34,400 bases of DNA from a virus (taxonomy: Duplodnaviria; Caudoviricetes), in IMG/VR virus record IMGVR_UViG_3300032323_002985, positions 1-34,400 of that record; one strand, given 5' to 3'. The position numbers and the translations under genes were made by a program. Numbering within the stretch: the first letter of the stretch is position 1; every line of letters begins with the position of its first letter. Of this stretch, positions 28,101-34,400 are shown one piece after another. Below the pieces are notes generated by a model, which saw nothing but the letters and a program-made list of their open reading frames with translations, did not search any database and was not told the origin of the DNA.

Positions 28101-29626
28101 ATACCGTAACTGTTGGTACTGGAAATGTTGCAATTTCAATGACATCTACAAATGGAACTGGTAGTTTAATTGGACCTAATTTTTCATTAACATCGGCTGG
28201 ATTGAACGTATCAAATGCAACTATTGCTGGTACTATAAGTGCAAACGCAGGTTCTATTGGAAGTTGGACAGTTGAAAATAATATTCTTAGGGATGCAAGT
28301 AGTAGGATTTTCCTTGACCCATCACTTCCTGGTCTTGCTATTAGAGAAAGCGGTACTACTCGTCTTAAAGTAAACTTTGGTGAATTAACAGATTTGAGTT
28401 CAACTGGTATAAATTTAGCATCTGATGTATTGAATTATTACAATACATTTAGTGTAGGTAATGTCAACTTTGATGAGGAAAGTTCGGGTGAAATATTTGA
28501 TGTTGCGGCAGGTACATACATTGATGCTAGTGTGTCTTGGCCATCTGGATTTAGTGTAATACAAGCATTTCAACGTGAGGGTGGTGTAAACATATATTGG
28601 GGATATCGAATCTATAATGGTGCAACCCTAGTACAAGAAAATATAATATCTTCTGATTATTGGGTAGGTGGTCCTGATGATTCATCTGCAAATTTTTATG
28701 GATATAATGGTAATTTTCAATTTAGTGCACCTGAAGCAGCATCCACAACATATACCTTTAAATTATTTATAAAAGCTGATGGTTATAACTATGAGGCTGG
28801 TGGCTTTTTTGGAAGTTCATTTGCAGTTAGCGCATACCTACCAACCCCATCAATAACAGCTGCAGCAAATGTCAATATTGTTGAGTTGACAAATAAAGGA
28901 ATTCAGATTGCAACTTCTACTAATAGATTTATTAAATTAAGAAGGGAAGATTCAGCATCCATTCCTGTTTTAGATGCAAAAGGATTTCTTAGATTAGAGG
29001 GAGATACAGCAAATACATTATTACAATTAATTGGTACAACCGGAGCAGGTAATACAGCTATAAATATAGCAAATGGTACTGGTAAAATTGCTATGAATGG
29101 TAACAATATTGAAATGGGTAGTGGTGTTGTTTCTTGGAATACCGCTGGTTCTAATCCGGGTTATTTAACAACTTATAATGATGGAGGACTTAGACCTGCT
29201 ATTATAATAACAAATGTTGGTAGTCCCGGTGGAGGTACTATTAGGGGTATGGAAATATCTCTTTCCACTTGGAGAATTGGTAGAAATACTTCAGCAAGAA
29301 GATTTAAAGAAGAAATAGAAGATTGGCAACATCCATCTATATTAGATGCTATAAATAACGTACCAATAAGGACTTATTATTGGAAAATAGATAAAGATGC
29401 AGAAACAAGACCACAACAAATAGGTATAATTGCTGAAGAATTGGAAGCGGGTGGATTGGAAGAATATGTAGATTATGATTGGTTTGAAGACCCGGAGAAT
29501 CCAGAAGGTCCTAAACAATGGATGACTTCTGGTATTGCTAAGCAAGAATTGGTATTCGTATTATGGAAAGCAGTGCAAGAATTAACACAAAAAGTAAAAG
29601 ATTTAGAAAATAAATTGAATTCTTAA
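22196..29626 (+). CDS. Giant tail fibre/tail protein (2476 aa) with C-terminal intramolecular chaperone (peptidase S74)
   Basis: TSARRFKEEIEDW...IRTYYW...IGIIAEELE...LWKAVQELTQKV is an S74/ICA domain with Ser and Lys retained. Gly/Ser/Thr-rich fibre-like segment (GNAFFRGNL, GTISANAGSIGSW) and tandem beta-rich repeats upstream. Confidence 0.88.
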   Translation: MAIIKKFAENLTQPLTSFGTFLVDTNPTSTYFKITEFKDAFTGGKNGFLIEGSEHLMESTEIKIQILDVNGNPIYYEPGNGVPEYYEGTSKLVAVYVYEDTPIGTAKITVLGELKTYLDEGGAVLPIPDDWKNVYNVKWEKEFKVNRLLSNEDKVRFYRRPQVTINEIVKPIFNNVTTTVVQTGSLSGQAQAPRVGEPLSDYNAPTTYLLEIEDSTNWTGSIVGNTINVPALGYSAVVDSVINNKQVLVINPYTEASPLGSAYSPIVTNFLDEGYTASFNYVEGVNNLKTALTGSFAKIVLSDLTTFVGDVSRVKIFRKSQSDLADYQFIQEIRLESNEILRDLESQVKNEEFYGIFDTSNFKNYWITSSNNITTTFNQNYLYNSVKLNSNNSNFFHTTASLGVTQNIEYTLTFNTRIGTGSVNPNNYIRAFLSGSKSSSVNGSPKIVQVEKNIVTVTSDSSLLQKNQITANFKAEESNNTKLYFEVKGNDWYISDVSLRASQETAYSPDEITFIQSVPRTLPEETFDYRFEFYDINNNYIPVLVEESKTFNGGNIQRIQKGLVFTPRSLQFQFDSGSQPVPPTVVGFTVTKNLLTGSITYTSQSFDFDGNELSGSDYTASFTGRRYPGLLSDITSDAPTMTVGNFTGSRTDKTVQLIKITGEVEGFTDTVIFSRVLDGFGGVNYLIRPYRGTQIRNSSTASLELQAVRIDGVNDIELSSTTKPEKGWPDKQLHIISRSADGAEKFVNLAYASSSRYIYGLTTGSLGSGEINYNATFNRDSIDFRRTIYLISSQSAASGPAFLTSGSVVASIILEDLQDGLDSGIITYNADSFTINPRTETTFRPSFAFATASFAKRGTAASEIESVTASFQVYPSMSINKDWVPEYWMYYHTQSLHPTITVSARDENRNIIPSQVVSGNVRSPLNQTKTLTLAFTYTEPWTSASVTIDKTFTIVPEGKQGDESIIFEVNPVAVTLGANSRGVVNDFIPSITDIKLKQGSRYLAFSSSAGVLNNLDTHGTFYIATSSIRENRVKAGNVHFTSSFGTPYTASLIVSASSNMTDLSGSIEYPLIIHPYYTSSIYTASVVVNYTKVLEGPPPIQILITPPNTTLTADEVGFVTPVGYAPTNTTIQVKEGEDFLRFTTQSAAPGTWRINSIETRGGSIWNIRTGSLSSSSLSTATINYNRFDYPYVSASALYTIQVYPFALGAGHQPTSSIYTRTQTFTKNVSVPNARTVELKANPYTINYDRDGYRVSPEGDVELKATALNTTGSAWFTLFFVDTDGSETLYDGPYFEGAGITEKTFFIPGTDAAGPEENKTWRVKISDGNVYTSSILNPYRAEGQLTIAGIKAGADAYKVSPDNISTSITAELFSTSSIGTAIKLPTYKGTTPLINVTSGNYPPPQPTDLDNLENLIGILGYSSASIVYKSPWITLPSNRLTTNPASMGNIIAWDKPAINRSGEVVYKIDFEGYSPFVANDFISRPPTRQTEFVTQSFAVQFTEPAPYDVKMQNENSSVVYRVSGEVELNTTSNIIRAYRGTYELTNRPLGFTGPKIDAYGSSSYEYQCTVEVHSKPNWIHLDNDNIDVDDKLPGTPASMPGITAWDNPETNPTAEIVYRVNCEGRQTFFKTQSLAIQFEGAVGPGIVMRGEWSPLTDYIGQVETTNNRRDAVTYLATQDTVKYYAAISGSGPNTNDQNGVPVGYHAPTVDGNNDWWEYLGDQEFFVAAKIAIFEESYVKNTINVGTKDGTGAFANIVIAGGRTDPYIAIGQNATIGTSGNSGTTLNPGGSVIGYDRPGIFLGIYEQGASGTTGRFSIKNTAGNRFLKWNGEGLEIAGDITVTGGNAATSQAVSGSVASGSFTATQIAAANTAVAVNALSGSLGAMAAISAINSGNATTFIGPGVIVANMFAGTAIQSTNYVAGTHPNFSQTGTFINLAGSSIRTQGFAVDSSGNAFFRGNLSGASGTFTDTVTVGTGNVAISMTSTNGTGSLIGPNFSLTSAGLNVSNATIAGTISANAGSIGSWTVENNILRDASSRIFLDPSLPGLAIRESGTTRLKVNFGELTDLSSTGINLASDVLNYYNTFSVGNVNFDEESSGEIFDVAAGTYIDASVSWPSGFSVIQAFQREGGVNIYWGYRIYNGATLVQENIISSDYWVGGPDDSSANFYGYNGNFQFSAPEAASTTYTFKLFIKADGYNYEAGGFFGSSFAVSAYLPTPSITAAANVNIVELTNKGIQIATSTNRFIKLRREDSASIPVLDAKGFLRLEGDTANTLLQLIGTTGAGNTAINIANGTGKIAMNGNNIEMGSGVVSWNTAGSNPGYLTTYNDGGLRPAIIITNVGSPGGGTIRGMEISLSTWRIGRNTSARRFKEEIEDWQHPSILDAINNVPIRTYYWKIDKDAETRPQQIGIIAEELEAGGLEEYVDYDWFEDPENPEGPKQWMTSGIAKQELVFVLWKAVQELTQKVKDLENKLNS

Positions 29627-29637
29627 CAATTAGATAT

Positions 29638-29645
29638 ATATTTAT
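29638..29645 (+). promoter_or_regulatory. ATATTTAT motif, putative phage late promoter
   Basis: 24 nt upstream of ATG 29670. Confidence 0.6.
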
Positions 29646-29669
29646 ATACAAACAATAAATAATAAAATA

Positions 29670-29927
29670 ATGGAATTACAAACCGAAAAATTAGAAGAAA
29701 GTGTTTTATCTAAAATAAAAGAACTTAACAATCGTAAAAACGAATTGATTGTAAATGCAGGGCAATTAAATTTAGATGTAGCTGAATTGAAAAAGATTAT
29801 AGTAGTTGTTGAATCGGAATATTCAGCAGCAAATAAAGAATTAAATTCAATATTAGCTGATTTAAACCAAAAATATCCAAACGGAGAAATTGATTTAGTT
29901 GAAGGCACAGTGATTTACCAAAAATAA
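29670..29927 (+). CDS. Small coiled-coil protein (85 aa)
   Basis: Heptad pattern ending in KYPNGEIDLVEG; preceded by ATATTTAT; follows the tail fibre gene. Confidence 0.7.
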   Translation: MELQTEKLEESVLSKIKELNNRKNELIVNAGQLNLDVAELKKIIVVVESEYSAANKELNSILADLNQKYPNGEIDLVEGTVIYQK

Positions 29928-29928
29928 A

Positions 29929-29960
29929 TTTGGTAATTAGAAAATAAATTCGTATATTTG
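29929..29960 (+). promoter_or_regulatory. Bacteroidota sigmaA-type promoter driving the glycosylation cluster
   Basis: TTTG 29929-29932, 20-nt spacer, TATATTTG 29953-29960. Shares AATTTGGT and AAATTCGTATATTTGT with the promoter at 17813. Confidence 0.85.
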
Positions 29961-29967
29961 TTACAAT

Positions 29968-32139
29968 ATGGCAAAGAAAAAGTTACTTTATGTCTGCCCA
30001 CATCTTTCTACTGGTGGACAACCACAATACACATACAAGCAAATAAAACACTTTATTGATGACTTTGAAATTGAAGTTGTTGAGATAAATAATAGTGGTG
30101 GAGATGCTTATGTAGTTCAAAAAAATAGAATCAAATCATTAGTACCTGTTCACACTTTGGGTGATAACAAACGTGCAATATTTGATGTTATTAGAACATT
30201 TCAACCCGATATAATTCATTTTCAAGAAATACCTGAATATGATTTGCCAATTGATATTGTTGAAAAAATATTTTCAAAAGATAGAAAATATTTCATTATA
30301 TGTTCAACGCATGGTTCATTAACAAACCCATCTGAAATAGCATACCATCCAGATAGATATGTTTTAGTTTCCGAATGGAGTAGACAAAGATTTGAAGGAT
30401 TGGGTATTGAAACGGATGTATGGGAATATCCAATTGAAGATTATGTATTTGATAAAGAAGCTGCACAAAAGGAATTAGGATTAGACCCAACATGGAAACA
30501 TGTCCTAAATGTAGGATTATTTTCATCTGGTAAAAATCAAGGTGAAATATTTGCAATAGCAAGGCAGTTAGAAAAATATAAAATCAAATTTCACTTTGTA
30601 GGGAATCAGGCTATGAACTTTGAAAATTATTGGAAACCCCTTATGGAGTTTAAGCCTGATAATTGTATTATATGGGGTGAACGAAATGATGTAGATACAT
30701 TCTATGCAGCATGTGATATGTTTTATTTTAGTTCTAAGTTAGAATTAAATCCACTTTCAGTTAAGGAAGCATTGAGTTACAAACTACCTTCTATATTTAG
30801 AAAGTTATATACATATTTGGATACATACGATAATAATCCATTAGTAACTTATATTGATGATGATTTAAAATTAACTAAGAGAATTATCTTAGAAAAATTA
30901 CAACCTGAATTTAATGAAATACCGGGTTGGTTTGCATATTCTGAATTATATAATAATGTAGTTGATTCGGCAAATGGTGGTGAAACATTTGTAGAAGTTG
31001 GTGCATGGTTTGGTAAATCAACAAATCATTTAGCAACTAAAATTAAAGAATCTGGTAAAGATATTAAATTTACATCGGTAGATACTTGGAAAGGTACGGA
31101 TGATGAACAATTGCATCAAAATATAGTTAATGCATTTAATGGTGATATATTTTATGAGTTCGTTGATAATACAGTCCTTTCGGATAACTATGGTAGATTC
31201 AGTACAATAAAAGATACATCTAAAAACGCAGCTAATAATTTTGCCAACAATAGTATAGATTTTATTATGATTGATGCTGGTCATTCGTATGAAGCATTGA
31301 TGGAAGATTTAAATGTTTGGTATAATAAAGTAAAACCTGGAGGTATAATTAGTGGGGATGATTATGGTGTATTTGAGGGAGTTACTAGAGCAGCAAATGA
31401 ATATTTTTATGGACAGTTCCATCAAGGGTTTCGTTCATTCGTAAGAAGAAAACCTCGTATTCAAGTTAAGCACATGCTGACTAGACCTGATGATATGAGA
31501 GAAAGAGTTTCTATACAATCATTACAACAATTATCAAAATATGGAATAGATTACCAACCAATTATAAATGAAGTTTACGAAGGAATCCCACCTGCTGAAA
31601 ATTGTAGAAGACCTGAACATATAAGTAAAGATAATAAGCCTGGTGAATTATATCCTGGTGCCGGTTTGGGTTGGATGACTGGTAGACACTATGGTTGTTA
31701 TTTAGCGCATAGAAATGCATTAGAAACAATTGATGAGGAAAATTATGATTACACATTAATATTTGAAGCAGATGCATTTATCTATACTGGATTGGAGGAA
31801 TTTGTAGATATAGTACACAAAGCATGTTTTATATCAGAAAGAGATAATGCATACTTTATTTCATTTGCAAATAACCCATCAAGAGAAAAAACAAAAATTG
31901 ATGAATTCTTTACACAAACGGGCCCTAATCAAGACCTTGCACACTGCTACTTAATTCCAAATAGAACTAAACAATGGTGGATGGATAGATTAAATGATTG
32001 TGGGTGGGATGTTGGTGACCTTTGGTTTAATCATGTATTTTATCACTATCCAATGAGAAGATATACAACAAATAAAATGTATTCAAAACAAGCCGAAGGG
32101 TATTCACTATTGGATTTAACAGTTAAAACTTGGAGTTAA
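29968..32139 (+). CDS. Three-domain fusion: GT4-like glycosyltransferase + class I SAM methyltransferase + GT25-like glycosyltransferase
   Basis: GT4: PHLSTGGQ, VGLFSSGKNQ, CDMFYFSSKLELNPLSVKEA. Methyltransferase: FVEVGAWFGKST, IDFIMIDAGHSYE, VKPGGIISGDDY. GT25-like (weakest call): DDMRER, GCYLAH, IFEADA, AHCYLI. Confidence 0.8.
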   Translation: MAKKKLLYVCPHLSTGGQPQYTYKQIKHFIDDFEIEVVEINNSGGDAYVVQKNRIKSLVPVHTLGDNKRAIFDVIRTFQPDIIHFQEIPEYDLPIDIVEKIFSKDRKYFIICSTHGSLTNPSEIAYHPDRYVLVSEWSRQRFEGLGIETDVWEYPIEDYVFDKEAAQKELGLDPTWKHVLNVGLFSSGKNQGEIFAIARQLEKYKIKFHFVGNQAMNFENYWKPLMEFKPDNCIIWGERNDVDTFYAACDMFYFSSKLELNPLSVKEALSYKLPSIFRKLYTYLDTYDNNPLVTYIDDDLKLTKRIILEKLQPEFNEIPGWFAYSELYNNVVDSANGGETFVEVGAWFGKSTNHLATKIKESGKDIKFTSVDTWKGTDDEQLHQNIVNAFNGDIFYEFVDNTVLSDNYGRFSTIKDTSKNAANNFANNSIDFIMIDAGHSYEALMEDLNVWYNKVKPGGIISGDDYGVFEGVTRAANEYFYGQFHQGFRSFVRRKPRIQVKHMLTRPDDMRERVSIQSLQQLSKYGIDYQPIINEVYEGIPPAENCRRPEHISKDNKPGELYPGAGLGWMTGRHYGCYLAHRNALETIDEENYDYTLIFEADAFIYTGLEEFVDIVHKACFISERDNAYFISFANNPSREKTKIDEFFTQTGPNQDLAHCYLIPNRTKQWWMDRLNDCGWDVGDLWFNHVFYHYPMRRYTTNKMYSKQAEGYSLLDLTVKTWS

Positions 32140-33287
32140 TGATATACGATAATTTAGTTAAGAATTTAAATAATAAAGTTGAGATTGATAACAAAGTGTT
32201 TTTTCATTTTGTTAGAGGTGCTTTTTTAGAAATAAAGGGTAATAAACAATGTGAGTATCACGTTAAGTTTTTGAATAACCGAAATGGTAGAGTTTTATAC
32301 ACTACTAATATTTCAAATAATATGTGGACAAGATGTAATGTAGAATATTTTGTTGAATGGAAAATTGAAATATATGAAGGTGACAAACTTTGGTATGAAC
32401 ATGTGTATAATGCAGAAAATAAAAGAATATATGTTGCATTAGATTCTAAAGCATTAGGTGATAGTTTAGCATGGATACCTTATGTTGAAGAATTTGGAAA
32501 AGTGCATAATTGTAAAATGGTTACATCTACATTTATGAATACTATGTTTGAAAGTAGATATCCAAATATAGAATTTGTAGAACCTGGTACAAATGTACAA
32601 AATTTATACGCAATGTATTCAATAGGTTTATTTTATAACGAAGATAGTACAATTAATATTTACAAAAATCCAATAGACCCAAAAACACAAACAATGCAAA
32701 AGATGTGTTCTGATATATTAGGATTGGAGTATAAAGAAATAAAACCTAAATTAAAAGAAAGAACGCCATATATAGACCCAGCATACAAACAAGTGTGTAT
32801 AGGAATTCATGGTACTGCACAATCTAAATTTTGGAATAATCCAAATGGATGGCAAGATGTTGTAGATTGGCTAAATAATAGAGGATATACAGTAAAGCTC
32901 TTATCTAAAGAAGGTGATAACTATATGGGTAACAAGTTACCAACGGGTATTTTAACACATCCAAACGGCCCATTAGACTTGGTTATGGATGAAATGCTAA
33001 AATCAAAAGCATTTATTGGTATTGGTAGTGGATTGAGTTGGTTAAGTTGGGGACTTGATGTACCAACCGTATTAATTAGTGGATTCTCATACGATTGGGC
33101 TGAGATGAAAGATTGTATAAGAATAGCAGCTCCAAAAGGAAAGTGTGAAGGATGCTTTAATAGATTAAGATTAGATCCCGGTGATTGGAATTGGTGCCCA
33201 GACCATAAAGGTACAAATAGACAATTTGAATGTACAAAAAGTATTACATCCGAAATGGTAATAAAAGAATTGGAAAAGTTTTTGTAA
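32139..33287 (+). CDS. Autotransporter strand-loop-strand O-heptosyltransferase homolog (Aah/TibC, BAHT family)
   Basis: Likely start ATG 32139 (TAATG overlap). YFVEWKIEI, ALGDSLAWIPY, SKFWNNPNGW, FIGIGSGLSWLSW, VLISGFS, and iron-finger-type C-x2-C-x13-C-x11-C (CEGC...WCPDHKGTNRQFECTKSI). Confidence 0.88.
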   Translation: MIYDNLVKNLNNKVEIDNKVFFHFVRGAFLEIKGNKQCEYHVKFLNNRNGRVLYTTNISNNMWTRCNVEYFVEWKIEIYEGDKLWYEHVYNAENKRIYVALDSKALGDSLAWIPYVEEFGKVHNCKMVTSTFMNTMFESRYPNIEFVEPGTNVQNLYAMYSIGLFYNEDSTINIYKNPIDPKTQTMQKMCSDILGLEYKEIKPKLKERTPYIDPAYKQVCIGIHGTAQSKFWNNPNGWQDVVDWLNNRGYTVKLLSKEGDNYMGNKLPTGILTHPNGPLDLVMDEMLKSKAFIGIGSGLSWLSWGLDVPTVLISGFSYDWAEMKDCIRIAAPKGKCEGCFNRLRLDPGDWNWCPDHKGTNRQFECTKSITSEMVIKELEKFL

Positions 33288-33673
33288 TGAAAAAAATTTG
33301 GATAAATGGTTGTTTTGATGTTTTACATTATGGGCATTTTAAGTTAATAGATTATGCAAAATCTTTAGGAGATTTGATGATAGGTATTGATTCCGATGAA
33401 AGAATTAAGGAAATGAAAGGAGATGGTAGACCATTTCACACAGAAGTACAAAGAGTATTTAATTTAATGCAAATAAGGGATGTAGATAAGATTGTAGTGT
33501 TTGATAGTGATGATTCTTTGAGAAAGCATTTAGAAACTTACAAACCTGATATATTCGTAATTGGTGATGAATATATGTACAAACCTATTATTGGAGGTGA
33601 ACATGCAAAAGAAATAAAATTCTTTGGTAAATTGGATGGATTTAGTACCACAAAACTTTTAGATGATGAGTAA
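33287..33673 (+). CDS. HldE/RfaE domain II-like nucleotidyltransferase (heptose-1-phosphate adenylyltransferase, HldC-like)
   Basis: Start ATG 33287 (TAATG overlap). NGCFDVLHYGH (HxGH), GIDSDERIKEMKGDGRP and GFSTTKLL. Confidence 0.85.
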   Translation: MKKIWINGCFDVLHYGHFKLIDYAKSLGDLMIGIDSDERIKEMKGDGRPFHTEVQRVFNLMQIRDVDKIVVFDSDDSLRKHLETYKPDIFVIGDEYMYKPIIGGEHAKEIKFFGKLDGFSTTKLLDDE

Positions 33674-34400
33674 AGTATTAGTTATAGGAGAGAGCTGCAC
33701 GGATATTTTTGTATATGGGACATCAGCACGAAAATCTCCAGAAGGAAATGGGCCTGTTTTTATTCCAATTAGTGAAACCTATGGATTGGGTATGGCATCA
33801 AATGTTGTAAACAATTTGAGAGAAATGGGAGTTGAAACAAATATATTTTCTGATAATGGTAGTATTGTAAAGACTCGTTATGTTAATAAAGACACAAACG
33901 AACTTTATTTAAGAGTGGATGAGAACGATTCGGTTAATAGAATTGATACATCTAAATTATCTGACATATCTCAATACGATGCAATTATAATTTCAGATTA
34001 TTGCAAAGGATTTTTAACCGAAGAAGATATATCTAATATAGCATCTATGCATCCATTTGTTATCTTAGATACTAAAAAGAAATTGGGTGATTGGTGTAAG
34101 AATTTAAAATTTATCAAAATAAATCGATTGGAATGGAAAACCAATAAAGATGTAATAAGAGAAAACGAATGGTTGTTTGATAAAATTATATGTACTTTAG
34201 ATAAAACTGGAACAACTTACAAACATATCACATATCCAGTTATTCCAATTGAAAATGCAGATGTTAGTGGTGCAGGGGATACTTTCGTAGCTGGGTTTGT
34301 AGCTCGATATTTGGATTCGGAGGATATTAGTGTATCAATTGAATGGGCTAATTATTGTGCGGGTGAAGTTGTAAAGAAAAAGGGAGTTTCCGTATTTGGA
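33666..34400 (+). CDS. HldE/RfaE domain I-like PfkB kinase (heptose-7-phosphate kinase, HldA-like); 3'-truncated, not in ORF track
   Basis: Manual translation is open to the window end: MSKVLVIGESCTDIFVYG..RKSPEGNGPV..GMASNV..KTRY..LRVD..AIIISDYCKGFL..DVSGAGDTFVAG..ANYCAGEVVKKKGVS. Confidence 0.88.
   Translation, partial: MSKVLVIGESCTDIFVYGTSARKSPEGNGPVFIPISETYGLGMASNVVNNLREMGVETNIFSDNGSIVKTRYVNKDTNELYLRVDENDSVNRIDTSKLSDISQYDAIIISDYCKGFLTEEDISNIASMHPFVILDTKKKLGDWCKNLKFIKINRLEWKTNKDVIRENEWLFDKIICTLDKTGTTYKHITYPVIPIENADVSGAGDTFVAGFVARYLDSEDISVSIEWANYCAGEVVKKKGVSVFG

Noticed and set aside
120-31777. Short minus-strand and nested ORFs in the supplied track (e.g. 3618-3968, 8299-8667, 16943-17239, 18387-18791, 845-1087)
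   Set aside because: They overlap well-supported plus-strand genes and show no recognisable motifs, as expected for shadow ORFs.
29968-32139. Glycosyltransferase/methyltransferase as a DNA hypermodification system
   Set aside because: No DNA methyltransferase catalytic motif or base-hydroxymethylase neighbour is visible, and the context is a protein heptosyltransferase. Not fully excluded.
14057-33286. Track start sites at 14057, 32130 and 33230
   Set aside because: Downstream ATGs at 14105, 32139 and 33287 fit the upstream motif or TAATG coupling and the expected domain starts better.
1-34400. Stop-codon reassignment, known in some Bacteroidota phages
   Set aside because: Genes are long and uninterrupted under the standard code. 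Stops are TAA, with one TGA. TAG is simply unused as a stop here, which is not evidence of recoding.
1-34400. CRISPR array, tRNA/rRNA, intron or intein
   Set aside because: Intergenic gaps are tiny, no repeat-spacer pattern or cloverleaf was seen, and primase and SbcD-SbcC show no intein-like insertions.

Overview
AT-rich, gene-dense, almost entirely plus-strand segment of a large contractile-tailed (myovirus-like) phage. The host is probably Bacteroidota: there are two TTTG-N20-TAnnTTTG promoters and A-rich leaders without Shine-Dalgarno sites. In order, the window holds two peptidoglycan-hydrolase genes (CHAP and GH24 lysozyme) sharing a duplicated 41-aa block, a baseplate/tail module (gp25-like, gp6-like and several large structural proteins), an embedded DNA-metabolism block (GIY-YIG protein, DnaG-type primase, single-chain SbcD-SbcC fusion), one small antisense ribbon-helix-helix gene missed by the ORF track, and a 2476-aa tail fibre with an S74 autocleaving chaperone. 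It ends with a glycosylation operon: a GT4-methyltransferase-GT25-like triple fusion, an Aah/TibC-type protein O-heptosyltransferase, and split HldE-type nucleotidyltransferase and kinase genes. The most notable signal is this apparent phage-encoded NDP-heptose supply plus protein heptosyltransferase, together with a recurring [S/T]-[G/A/S]-S tripeptide in several predicted virion proteins. Together they suggest a virion O-heptosylation system, which is a hypothesis. All family calls come from motif recognition by eye; no searches were run.
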